From: a virus
Virus record (IMG/VR): IMGVR_UViG_3300009509_000015
Coordinates: 11,361 to 75,360 of that record
Reading direction: 5' to 3' (one strand)
Length of the DNA stretch: 64,000 nucleotides
The position numbers were made by a program, and so were the translations under genes. Below are positions 1 to 8,321 of the stretch, piece by piece; the stretch's first letter is position 1, and each line of letters begins with the position of its first letter. Under the pieces are notes generated by a model, which did not search any database, was not told the DNA's origin, and saw only the letters and a program-made list of their open reading frames with translations.

Positions 1-39
1 AGATGATCTTTGGGGCTGTTACTGTTCGGAGGAATAATA

Positions 40-258
40 ATGGCAATAGACTATAAGAAACTAACTGATGAAGAACTAGCTTTTCTTCTATATGCAGCAG
101 AGGAGGAGGAAGAATCTGTAGGATTCTATAGATATACTACTACTGAGTACTGCTGTGCTGGTTTGAAGATAAAAAAACAACTAGAAAAAGAGTACGATAG
201 AAGAGGGCTTCATCAGGACTTGTTTCTTTCTCCTGAGTATTATGACTCAGAGGAATAA
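40..258 (+). CDS. hypothetical protein
   Basis: ORF with GGAGG SD before ATG 40 (track start 10); no recognised motif. Confidence 0.6.
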   Translation: MAIDYKKLTDEELAFLLYAAEEEEESVGFYRYTTTEYCCAGLKIKKQLEKEYDRRGLHQDLFLSPEYYDSEE

Positions 259-263
259 TAAAT

Positions 264-335
264 GCCCCTGTAGTTCAAAGGACAGAACAGGGGGTTCCTA
301 ACCCCTAGATACCAGTTCGAATCTGGTCGGGGGTT
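264..335 (+). tRNA. tRNA-Arg(CCT)
   Basis: Acceptor GCCCCTG/CGGGGGT, anticodon loop TT-CCT-AA, T-arm ACCAG-TTCGAAT-CTGGT. Confidence 0.92.
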
Positions 336-339
336 CTAT

Positions 340-411
340 GCTCCTGTGATGTAACGGAAAGCATACTTGTCTTCTAAGCAATGAGTCTAGGTTCGAGTCC
401 TAGCAGGAGTA
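340..411 (+). tRNA. tRNA-Arg(TCT)
   Basis: Acceptor GCTCCTG/CAGGAGT, loop CT-TCT-AA, T-arm CTAGG-TTCGAGT-CCTAG. Confidence 0.88.
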
Positions 412-414
412 CCT

Positions 415-624
415 ATGAGTGTATTTTGGATGGTAATAGTTTCTTTAATAATAACAATACACGTAATTGGTATGCTGGTAGTAGGAACAACACTAGCTAT
501 TGTTGCACTACAAGATGGGTGGTGGTTTACTTGGGATATAATTAAACCCTGGAAGTGGAACTGGTCTGTTGTGTTTCGTGGGTTTCTTGTAATATTTATT
601 TGGGAAATTATTTTGTTCCTGTAG
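415..624 (+). CDS. small membrane protein
   Basis: Two hydrophobic segments; SD AGGAG lies in the upstream tRNA; stop lies inside the next tRNA. Confidence 0.7.
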   Translation: MSVFWMVIVSLIITIHVIGMLVVGTTLAIVALQDGWWFTWDIIKPWKWNWSVVFRGFLVIFIWEIILFL

Positions 625-687
625 TTCAGACGGACAGAACGTTACCCTGCGAAGGTAGAAATGGTGGTTCGAATCCACCCAGGAACT
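615..687 (+). tRNA. tRNA-Arg(GCG)
   Basis: Acceptor GTTCCTG/CAGGAAC, TTACC-CTGCGAA-GGTAG, T-arm GGTGG-TTCGAAT-CCACC. Confidence 0.92.
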
Positions 688-690
688 TAG

Positions 691-771
691 GGCGAATCTG
701 CCGAGTGGGATCGGAGCTTGGCTGTAAACCAAGTGTCGTTTGACTAGGTTGTTCGATTCAATAATTCGCCA
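691..771 (+). tRNA. tRNA-Tyr(GTA)
   Basis: Acceptor GGCGAAT/ATTCGCC, CTTGG-CTGTAAA-CCAAG, long variable arm GTC-GTTT-GAC. Confidence 0.85.
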
Positions 772-776
772 CTCAC

Positions 777-848
777 TGCTAGATAGCTTAATGGTAGAGC
801 GTTCGGCTGTTAACCGAGAAGGCGCAGGTTCGACCCCTGCTCTAGCAG
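777..848 (+). tRNA. tRNA-Asn(GTT)
   Basis: Acceptor TGCTAGA/TCTAGCA, TTCGG-CTGTTAA-CCGAG, discriminator G. Confidence 0.93.
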
Positions 849-862
849 CCTAGGAAAATCTT

Positions 863-1171
863 ATGAGACTTGAGGAACTTTTTATGTGGCCTAATAGAAC
901 ATTGTGTGATGCACTGTCTGAAATGCGAAAAGCGTACGAGACAAGAAATTTTTCTTATCTACTTGGCTTGATAGAAGAAGTACAAAGTATGGGCAATAAA
1001 ATGGAGGCTGCACTTGGAGATAAGAAGGATGTTGAAACATTCACTAGAGATCGTGCTAAGCTAAAGAAAGAAATCAAAGAATTAGAAGCACAGAAATATA
1101 CTTTAGAAGAAACAATTGCTGATCTTGAAGAAGAGAAAGAAAGAAAACTTGGTGAGATAAGAAAGTTATAG
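863..1171 (+). CDS. coiled-coil hypothetical protein
   Basis: E/K/L heptad-rich C-terminal half. Confidence 0.7.
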   Translation: MRLEELFMWPNRTLCDALSEMRKAYETRNFSYLLGLIEEVQSMGNKMEAALGDKKDVETFTRDRAKLKKEIKELEAQKYTLEETIADLEEEKERKLGEIRKL

Positions 1172-1174
1172 TAA

Positions 1175-1248
1175 CAGAGTGTAGCTCAGTCTGGTAGAGT
1201 GACCCGTTTGGATCGGGGGGGTCGGAGGTTCGAATCCTTCCACTCTGA
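1175..1248 (+). tRNA. tRNA-Pro(TGG)
   Basis: Acceptor CAGAGTG/CACTCTG, loop TT-TGG-AT, T-arm GGAGG-TTCGAAT-CCTTC. Confidence 0.9.
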
Positions 1249-1261
1249 CTGGAGGTAAAAT

Positions 1262-1744
1262 ATGTCAACACGAAAGCTAACAACGTGGGAGATGGCAGAG
1301 TTTTACCCGATCTTTGGTAGTAATATAAAGTTTGGTGATATAGTAGTACACGAAAGCAGCCCAATACCTAACCTAATTGACAGGATCGGTAGCTTTTTTA
1401 CAGGAAAAGAACCCTATGCTAACAACGCAATTACTATAGGGAATAATGTTATGTTCCCAATGCCTATAGGCACAGACAAGGTATACTGGTTAATACATGA
1501 GGTAACACACGCTTGGCAGTATCAGCACATAGGGTGGAAGTACCTGTGGGATGCTGTCGTTGCACAATTTAGGGGCAAACCTTACGATTACGGTGGGGAA
1601 GATGGCTTGAATAGCCATACTAGTATATACGAATTTAATCCAGAACAGCAAGCGCAGATCGTACAAGACTATTATATACGAGTAGAGAACGGTGTGAACG
1701 CTGATGCCTGGAAACCATACATTGAGGAGATAAAAAATGGGTAG
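1262..1744 (+). CDS. DUF4157-like zincin metallopeptidase
   Basis: AITIGN...LIHEVTHAWQY (HExxH) and N-P-E-Q-Q-A motif. Confidence 0.7.
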   Translation: MSTRKLTTWEMAEFYPIFGSNIKFGDIVVHESSPIPNLIDRIGSFFTGKEPYANNAITIGNNVMFPMPIGTDKVYWLIHEVTHAWQYQHIGWKYLWDAVVAQFRGKPYDYGGEDGLNSHTSIYEFNPEQQAQIVQDYYIRVENGVNADAWKPYIEEIKNG

Positions 1745-2747
1745 TAGCTTAGTAGATGAGGGATCAGTTATTAGAAAGTTTAAATACTTTCTTGTTGTTG
1801 AAGCACCTAATGAGCTTGACGAACATGGAAACCCTAGGAAAACATGGCAAGTAGTAAGCACTACTAGGGCAATAGTATCTGGAGAAAATGTAACACAAAT
1901 TCTTAACGACTTTTGTATACGTTATGAGATTACCCCTCCTATTTTACCATTAAGCTTAACGTTTATTGGAGAAGAGCTTATAGACTTATCTGAAAAGCAA
2001 ACTCTCCTGCTTTATCAAATGGGTAAAGTAGGTAGTGTATCAATAAGATCGGCTCTTGAAAAGCTGGAATGGTTAGAAACAAGGCATATGCACTACCTAG
2101 TTAACGAGGGAGAGTACGGTACACGCTACGATCCTGTATGGTTACGTAGATTGGAGACAGAAGATACTATATGGAAAGTAATCACGTTGGTTAGAAACCC
2201 AATAGATCGCTGCGTATCTGGTTTCTTCTGGAGTATGATAGGAAAAGAAGAACCATTCCATGAGGGTATGTTGGACATGTTTGTGAATGAGTATAATCAC
2301 AACTGGACTGTAGACTGGATGGAGAATGAGCTTAATAAAGCACTCAACACTAACATTTATAATTATCCGTTTAATAAAAATCGTGGCTACTCCCTATACC
2401 ATAGGACTGCTGACAATGTAAGACCATACTTTCATTTGCTAGTTATCAGAACAGAGGATATGAGTCAAGTAGCTAGAACTGCTATAGCAGAACTACTACC
2501 AGAAGCTGATGTTGGAAATATTAACACGCTAAACTCCTCTATAAAAAGAAAGCCGATAGCAAATGCGTACAGCCAATTCAAAGCTCAGGCAGTATTACCA
2601 GATGACTATGTTGACTGGATACTTAACACAAGATATGCCAAGCATTTTTATTCTGATGAGGAGCTTGCGGTTTCTAGGGCTATGTGGACACTACCAGCAG
2701 AAGAAAGGCTATCTTTCTTAAAGGATATGATAGAAAAAAATAAATAA
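1737..2747 (+). CDS. sulfotransferase-fold protein, NKWYS/capsular polysaccharide synthesis family
   Basis: YQMGKVGSVSI (5'-PSB-like), ITLVRNPIDRCVS (3'-PB-like), C-terminal YAKHFYSDEE. Confidence 0.7.
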   Translation: MGSSLVDEGSVIRKFKYFLVVEAPNELDEHGNPRKTWQVVSTTRAIVSGENVTQILNDFCIRYEITPPILPLSLTFIGEELIDLSEKQTLLLYQMGKVGSVSIRSALEKLEWLETRHMHYLVNEGEYGTRYDPVWLRRLETEDTIWKVITLVRNPIDRCVSGFFWSMIGKEEPFHEGMLDMFVNEYNHNWTVDWMENELNKALNTNIYNYPFNKNRGYSLYHRTADNVRPYFHLLVIRTEDMSQVARTAIAELLPEADVGNINTLNSSIKRKPIANAYSQFKAQAVLPDDYVDWILNTRYAKHFYSDEELAVSRAMWTLPAEERLSFLKDMIEKNK

Positions 2748-2754
2748 GTAATTA

Positions 2755-2827
2755 GGCCCTGTCAGCTAAAGGTTAGGCTAGTGGGTTTTCACCCCACCAA
2801 TGTACGGTTCAAGTCCGACCAGGGTCA
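2755..2827 (+). tRNA. tRNA-Glu(TTC)
   Basis: Acceptor GGCCCTG/CAGGGTC, GTGGG-TTTTCAC-CCCAC. Confidence 0.9.
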
Positions 2828-2836
2828 CTACGGGAG

Positions 2837-3079
2837 GTGTCCATGATACAAGATGCTTATAATAATATAGCTGGCTTCTTGGATAAGACTAGGAAGCCGA
2901 TTGTAGAGAGCACATTCAAAACAAAACTGTTTAAAGCTTACGGTATATCTGATCACCCTAAAGCAGAAGAGGCATACAGAATTTCAGTAGAGCTTGCAGG
3001 AAAAGAAAATTACTATGACATACTTAATGTGCTACATATAATCTATCCACTATTATGTGAAAGGAATGGTAATGGCTAA
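2837..3079 (+). CDS. hypothetical protein
   Basis: ORF with GGGAGG SD. Confidence 0.6.
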   Translation: MSMIQDAYNNIAGFLDKTRKPIVESTFKTKLFKAYGISDHPKAEEAYRISVELAGKENYYDILNVLHIIYPLLCERNGNG

Positions 3080-3344
3080 ACAACAAAACGCTTATGTAAG
3101 ACCAGTAAGACAAGAAAAGTTTCAACTACCTGAGTATATAAAACCCATTAATTCTATTATTAAAGAAGCCAAAGTAGGAAGTGAAGTTAACCTAACTGTA
3201 AGAATTATGAGAGATGATAATAAAGGCTGGACAACTACAGAAGTTAGTGGTATAATTAGTGAAGTTGCACCAAACGCATTAATGCTACATGGAAAGTCAG
3301 TAGGAGTACCCTACTATACAGTACACGACTGGGAGATTCTATGA
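3057..3344 (+). CDS. hypothetical protein
   Basis: ORF coupled to dut by an ATGA overlap; true start may be ATG 3072. Confidence 0.6.
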   Translation: MKGMVMAKQQNAYVRPVRQEKFQLPEYIKPINSIIKEAKVGSEVNLTVRIMRDDNKGWTTTEVSGIISEVAPNALMLHGKSVGVPYYTVHDWEIL

Positions 3345-3781
3345 TAATTTTTACTATACTAGATAAGGATGCTACTGCACCCACCAGAAAATTTTCTGAT
3401 GACGCTGGTATTGACATTTATTCTTTATATGACATTAGGTTGTTAGCTAGATCATATCACATAGCACATACTGGGATAGGTATAAAAGTTCCGAAAGGTT
3501 ATGTTGGTCTGATGAAACCCAAAAGCAGGGATAGGTGGTTGGTAGGATCAGGTGTAATAGATACCTCCTACGTTGGTGAGCTTCTTATCGAGTTAGTTAA
3601 TCCTTATGATCGTGTGTTTACTATACCAAAAGAGTACCCAATAGCACAGATGCTTATACTATCAGGACTAATGGAGCCTTTACAAGAAATATCAATAGTG
3701 GAATGGGAAAAAATTAAAACGGACAGAGGTGCTACTGGAGGAATTGTAGGTAATAGTAAGGCTGTGTCAGCTAACGGTTAG
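3341..3781 (+). CDS. dut: dUTPase (trimeric type)
   Basis: Motifs AGIDI, PKS, GVIDTSYVGE, IAQM, RGATGG. Confidence 0.9.
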   Translation: MIIFTILDKDATAPTRKFSDDAGIDIYSLYDIRLLARSYHIAHTGIGIKVPKGYVGLMKPKSRDRWLVGSGVIDTSYVGELLIELVNPYDRVFTIPKEYPIAQMLILSGLMEPLQEISIVEWEKIKTDRGATGGIVGNSKAVSANG

Positions 3782-3831
3782 GCTATATCCCTCTCAAGGA
3801 TACAATGGGGGTTCGATTCCCCCCACAGTCA
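3760..3831 (+). tRNA. tRNA-Glu(CTC)
   Basis: Acceptor GGCTGTG/CACAGTC, TATCC-CTCTCAA-GGATA, GGGGG-TTCGATT-CCCCC. Confidence 0.92.
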
Positions 3832-3834
3832 TAG

Positions 3835-3906
3835 GCGTTCATAGTTTAATAGGTAAAACTTTAGTTTGCCATACTAACATTACGAGTTCGAGTCTCGTTG
3901 AACGCT
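3835..3906 (+). tRNA. tRNA-Gly(GCC)
   Basis: Acceptor GCGTTCA/TGAACGC, TTAGT-TTGCCAT-ACTAA, discriminator T. Confidence 0.9.
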
Positions 3907-3917
3907 CAGGAGATAAG

Positions 3918-4205
3918 ATGGAAAAAATTCTTTCAGTAGATACTAGAGCACTTGACATAATTCTTAATCAGGCTCACTGGCCTTACAGTGTACTGGAAAC
4001 TAGACGACCATATTTAGTGTATGTTACTAATATAGGCTATCAACCAGATACTAAGATGTTATTCAAAGCTGTCAAGGAAGATGGTGGTGTAAGCTATATA
4101 GAAGATCAAGAATTAAATACAGCACCAGTGCTAGGTATCATGGAATCGGAAGATGAAGTACCAGCTACCATTTCGTGGCTAGCATTATTTCAACGGGAAG
4201 GATGA
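3918..4205 (+). CDS. hypothetical protein
   Basis: AGGAG SD; stop codon lies inside tRNA-Ser. Confidence 0.65.
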   Translation: MEKILSVDTRALDIILNQAHWPYSVLETRRPYLVYVTNIGYQPDTKMLFKAVKEDGGVSYIEDQELNTAPVLGIMESEDEVPATISWLALFQREG

Positions 4206-4282
4206 CCGAATGGTAAGGTAACTGTCTTGAAAACAGATGTTATCCTTAACAGGATATGGGGGTTCGACTCCCTCTCCTTCCG
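4196..4282 (+). tRNA. tRNA-Ser(TGA)
   Basis: Acceptor GGAAGGA/TCCTTCC, loop CT-TGA-AA, long variable arm TATCCT-TAAC-AGGATA, discriminator G. Confidence 0.92.
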
Positions 4283-4287
4283 CTAAT

Positions 4288-4359
4288 CGTGGGGAAGTTT
4301 AACGGTAGAACACCTAGCTGATAACTAGGAGGAACAGGGTTCGACTCCCTGACCCACGA
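4288..4359 (+). tRNA. tRNA-Ile(GAT)
   Basis: CCTAG-CTGATAA-CTAGG, T-arm CAGGG-TTCGACT-CCCTG. Confidence 0.9.
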
Positions 4360-4375
4360 CCTTTAGGAGGTAGAT

Positions 4376-4885
4376 ATGGCACATACACCAGATATATTAA
4401 ACTCTTTAGCAGGCACACACCCACCTAAACCAGTAGCTAAAAAACTAGACCTGACAGTTAATGGTAGTGGTACACCAGTTAATGTTGCTGTGTCAGTAGA
4501 TGACTTTACATACATTGTTAGATTGATTTGGAAATTTGAATTTGCTGATCTATCAGTTGAGTGGACTAACTTTGGTGCTGGAAACGCATTAGCAAACGGT
4601 ATAAATATATACTATCATGATGCAAATATTTTTCCAGCAGCCATTAAATCAAACTCAGACTTCTTTGATTATGGTTATGATGTTAATCTACAATCAGATG
4701 GAGCAGCAACACCTGGGAATGTGCTGTCATCACGTTGGTCATTTAATAAATGGGTTCCTAACGGTCTTGGTATGTGGAACGCAGAGGCATTTGCAGTACG
4801 GGTTAGTGATGACCTACGAACAGCGACACGCACAGATATTACCAGCCTGTTCTGTATAGTAGAAGGTTGGAAAGCACATGAGTAA
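4376..4885 (+). CDS. beta-rich hypothetical protein, possibly virion-associated
   Basis: AGGAGG SD; G/N/T-rich beta-strand composition. Confidence 0.55.
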   Translation: MAHTPDILNSLAGTHPPKPVAKKLDLTVNGSGTPVNVAVSVDDFTYIVRLIWKFEFADLSVEWTNFGAGNALANGINIYYHDANIFPAAIKSNSDFFDYGYDVNLQSDGAATPGNVLSSRWSFNKWVPNGLGMWNAEAFAVRVSDDLRTATRTDITSLFCIVEGWKAHE

Positions 4886-4956
4886 GCCCTCTAAGCATTA
4901 AGGTGATGCAGTGGTCTTTTAAACCACAGAAGGAGGTTCGATACCTCCAGGGGGTA
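4886..4956 (+). tRNA. tRNA-Lys(TTT)
   Basis: GTGGT-CTTTTAA-ACCAC, GGAGG-TTCGATA-CCTCC. Confidence 0.92.
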
Positions 4957-4959
4957 CTA

Positions 4960-5031
4960 GGACACGTGGCTCTAAGGCAGAGCAGCAAGCTCATAACTTG
5001 CAGGGAGTTGGTTCGATTCCAACCGTGTCCA
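4960..5031 (+). tRNA. tRNA with CAT anticodon (elongator Met or lysidine Ile2)
   Basis: Acceptor GGACACG/CGTGTCC, GCAAG-CTCATAA-CTTGC; paired 1-72 and no GGG/CCC anticodon stem, so not an initiator. Confidence 0.88.
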
Positions 5032-5060
5032 CTGTGCGATAAACACCGAGCTTTGTCCAG

Positions 5061-5090
5061 TAAAATCCCTCCAGAAATGGGGGGATTTTA
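5061..5090 (+). terminator. intrinsic terminator after tRNA block
   Basis: TAAAATCCCTCCA-GAAA-TGGGGGGATTTTA hairpin then T-rich tract. Confidence 0.75.
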
Positions 5091-5116
5091 CATTTATTTT
5101 AGTCTTTCGATTGTAG
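5087..5116 (+). promoter_or_regulatory. putative late promoter of fibre operon
   Basis: TTTACA-N17-ATTGTAG; same motif precedes five minus-strand virion/lysis genes. Confidence 0.65.
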
Positions 5117-5155
5117 AACTTAGATTACTAGTAATTTACTATCGGAGGATTTACT

Positions 5156-5530
5156 ATGAGTATCTCAAACTTTCTTGAAAACGAACTGCTAGACACTGCT
5201 TTAGCAACAGGCGCATACAGCACAGCAAACGTGTATGTATCTGTCCACACTGCTGACCCTGGAGAAACAGGAGCTAGTGAGGTAACTGGTGGTGGCTATG
5301 GTCGTCAAGGCCCTACTACCTTCTCTGCTGCTGCTTCTGGCACAACTTCCAACACAGCACAGATCGACTTCACAAACATGCCTGCTGTAACTGCCACACA
5401 CATTGGTTTGTGGGATGCTGCAACTGCTGGTAACTTCTTGTGGGGTGGTGCTCTAACTTCTAGCAAGACGCTAAATGGTGGAGACACTTTCCGCATTGCT
5501 GCTACAGATTTGGACGTTTCTCTAGACTAA
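5156..5530 (+). CDS. small virion fibre subunit (putative major fibre protein)
   Basis: SNFLEN..LD...VSVHTADPGETGASEVTGGGYGRQ...HIGLWDAATAGNFL pattern seen in small phage fibre-associated proteins; first gene of operon. Confidence 0.65.
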   Translation: MSISNFLENELLDTALATGAYSTANVYVSVHTADPGETGASEVTGGGYGRQGPTTFSAAASGTTSNTAQIDFTNMPAVTATHIGLWDAATAGNFLWGGALTSSKTLNGGDTFRIAATDLDVSLD

Positions 5531-5559
5531 TAAAATATTGGAAAAATATCTATGCACTT

Positions 5560-5593
5560 ATAAGCAGCATATGTGTTCTACTATGCTGCTTAT
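5560..5593 (+). terminator. hairpin between small subunit and large fibre genes (leaky terminator or mRNA stabiliser)
   Basis: ATAAGCAGCATA-N10-TATGCTGCTTAT, 12-bp perfect stem, weak U tract. Confidence 0.6.
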
Positions 5594-5619
5594 TGTGGTT
5601 AGATTAGCGGTGGTGAGAA

Positions 5620-8313
5620 ATGACCTTAGCGCAACCCTATTGGCGGTTTAGAAATGATAATTATGGCTTAAACGTAGATAACGGGTGGTTAGCAGCCATA
5701 AATACTGCCCCAAGTTCACTAGATATGGGGCAGCAATTTCGTTTGCGAATAGAAGTTGCAGAAACTGCTGGTACTTCTACCACAGATGGCTTTAAACTAC
5801 AAGTAAAAGTAAATGCAGGCTCGTGGAATGACTGTGGTACACAGTCTAATGGTAGTAATACTGCTGTAATTGTTACTAACTCATATCAATACGCTGATCA
5901 AGATGCAACAACTAACTTATTATCTGGTTCTTCAGAAACATTTGAAGCTGGTGAAGGTTTATACGACGATAACCTTACAGCCTCACACACCCTACAAAAC
6001 GAGCATACTGAATTTGAGTGGGCGCTATTAACCCTAAAGAACTATTATGACTTCGCTGTTTTAGCAGACGGAGACACAATATATTTAAGAGTTGTTAGGG
6101 ATGATGGTACTGCTCTTGATAGCTACCAAGATATTTCATATACAGTTAATGAGCCTGCTGGTTTTATTGGTGGTACATTTGTAGAAAGCGCACATTCATT
6201 AGGCCCAATTCAAGACAGCAACGGAAACCTATACTTTTTTGGTGAGCACAACTCACAGAACAACCCAACAAATAACAACGAACCATGTATGTGGAAGTCT
6301 ACTGATGATGGTGTAACTTGGGATGAAGTAGACGGTACTAACAGACCTGTAGGTTCTGACTTTGAATCTGCTGACATGCAAGTTATCAACGATATTATTT
6401 ATATAGCACAGCATAGAGGTAGTGCTGGTATCAGGCTACATGTTTTCAACATGAGTGCTGCTTCTAGTAACCAAGATACATGGACAACAACAGACGAAGT
6501 AGTAGATAGTTCAACTCCAGAAGCAGACCAAGCAGTAGCATTAGCCGTTCTTTCTGATGGAGATATGTGGTGCTTTTACAGAACTACAGTAAGCAGTTAC
6601 GAAAGCATAGTTTATAAACGTCGCACATCTGGATCATGGGGATCGAGAAACACACTAGACACACAGGCAACTACGAACTTTACCTGGGTAGCTTGTGTTG
6701 TTGGCGAGAGCAACCTTACACACGTTTTCTACCAAGAAATCACTAACGGTACTGGTAATATCTGGCATAGATCATTGTCAAGTGGTGGCACATTATCTGG
6801 TAGGGAAAGCATTTCTACTGCATCTGGCACAAACAACAACAACTCAAAAGGTATTGCCAAACCTTTATATTGGGATGACGCTGGTGATGAAATTATTTTT
6901 GTTGTTTACCGTGAAAGTGATAACGATGCGTGGTCACGTACCATTACAAACGACGGTACTCCAAGCTCAGCTACAGGCCCAATAAACACCTATTCTATGG
7001 ATCGTTCTTTAGGTGGTAGCGCCCAAGCAGCCATGCAATTAGTAGGTGATGGTACTGGAAATGCTTGGTTAATTTATCTAGACAATGTTAACCAACACCC
7101 GTACTTACTTGAGTATGTTTATGGTACTGGTTGGGGAAGTGAGATAACACTAAGCAGTACATTAACAGCAAACTTTCAACAAATTGGTCATTACACTATT
7201 TCAAATGGAGATGAGGTCGTTGGTTATGTACTAGAAACTCACCCATATTGGGATACAGCAGGTGCTTATGGTGACGATGGCTTGATGTGGTACTACAGCT
7301 ATGTCTTAGTGCCTGGAGGAATAGCTTCGTTATCTGGTACAGGATCATTAAGTGCAATTGGATCAGTTATTGCTGGTTTTGCTACAGTTACTGGAGCAGC
7401 AGCCTTAACAGGTACAGGTACATTAAGCGCAACAGGACTGCAAATACAGCCTAGACAACCAGTATTACTAGATACAGTTACTAGTGAGGCTAATGGAGTC
7501 TCACTAACAAGTGCCACAATAACACCACAACCAAACTCTTTATTAATAGTAGTAGTTACTAATGCACATGGAAGCTCTCCAATAGGGTGGTCTACGTGTT
7601 CCGACACTCTTACAGGAACAGGCTCGTGGACTAGAAATGCTGATATAGATGATAATCAGTCAAACAACTATGGTATAGCTGTTTGGACAGCGCAATGTGG
7701 AGCAACCCCAGGTAGTGGAACAGTAACACCAACATGGACTAATAGCACATCCAACAGAAAAGTAATGTTTGTATTTGAAGTACCTTTTGGTTTTGATACA
7801 ACTACACCAATAAGACAAACAAAAACTGGATCAAATGCTACAGCAACACCATCATTAACATTTGATAATACCCCTCTTGCTTCTTCAACGGTTTTTGGTG
7901 CTATAGGTTCTAAAAGTGATCCTGACTCAGTTATTACGCCAGGAACTGGCTTTACTGAAGTAGCTGAAGACGTTAGTGGTGTGTCTAGTCCGACAAATAC
8001 AGGACAAGCAGAGTATGACTTAACACCTGTAGATGGGGTAGTAGATTGGTCTGGTGCTGGAACTCTTAATAATGTATTTTTAGCTATTGAAATACAAGAA
8101 GCTGCTGATGAAGTTGGGGCAGCAGCTTTAACTGGAACAGGTACATTGTCAGGAGCAGGAATTGGCATAGCACCAAGCGCCGTAGCTATGACAGGTACAG
8201 GTACGCTAAACGCAATTGGTAAACAACTATTATGGCCTTTCTCTGATGACTTCACAGGATCAAATGATGATCCTTGGGCAGCAGGAAAGTGGACAACGGG
8301 CGCAAGCCCATAA
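5620..8313 (+). CDS. large fibre/adhesin protein 1: Asp-box beta-propeller, beta-sandwich, 4 GxGTL repeats
   Basis: KSTDDGVTW Asp-box; repeats such as GAAALTGTGTLSATG; C-terminal LWPFSDDF...W....KW peptide. Confidence 0.7.
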   Translation: MTLAQPYWRFRNDNYGLNVDNGWLAAINTAPSSLDMGQQFRLRIEVAETAGTSTTDGFKLQVKVNAGSWNDCGTQSNGSNTAVIVTNSYQYADQDATTNLLSGSSETFEAGEGLYDDNLTASHTLQNEHTEFEWALLTLKNYYDFAVLADGDTIYLRVVRDDGTALDSYQDISYTVNEPAGFIGGTFVESAHSLGPIQDSNGNLYFFGEHNSQNNPTNNNEPCMWKSTDDGVTWDEVDGTNRPVGSDFESADMQVINDIIYIAQHRGSAGIRLHVFNMSAASSNQDTWTTTDEVVDSSTPEADQAVALAVLSDGDMWCFYRTTVSSYESIVYKRRTSGSWGSRNTLDTQATTNFTWVACVVGESNLTHVFYQEITNGTGNIWHRSLSSGGTLSGRESISTASGTNNNNSKGIAKPLYWDDAGDEIIFVVYRESDNDAWSRTITNDGTPSSATGPINTYSMDRSLGGSAQAAMQLVGDGTGNAWLIYLDNVNQHPYLLEYVYGTGWGSEITLSSTLTANFQQIGHYTISNGDEVVGYVLETHPYWDTAGAYGDDGLMWYYSYVLVPGGIASLSGTGSLSAIGSVIAGFATVTGAAALTGTGTLSATGLQIQPRQPVLLDTVTSEANGVSLTSATITPQPNSLLIVVVTNAHGSSPIGWSTCSDTLTGTGSWTRNADIDDNQSNNYGIAVWTAQCGATPGSGTVTPTWTNSTSNRKVMFVFEVPFGFDTTTPIRQTKTGSNATATPSLTFDNTPLASSTVFGAIGSKSDPDSVITPGTGFTEVAEDVSGVSSPTNTGQAEYDLTPVDGVVDWSGAGTLNNVFLAIEIQEAADEVGAAALTGTGTLSGAGIGIAPSAVAMTGTGTLNAIGKQLLWPFSDDFTGSNDDPWAAGKWTTGASP

Positions 8314-8321
8314 GGTGATAT

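Noticed and set aside
340-411. Amber suppressor (CTA anticodon) reading of TTCTAAG, implying stop-codon recoding
   Set aside because: Stem pairing centres the loop on TCT (Arg). Long conserved genes are intact in code 11 and TAG and TGA both end genes.
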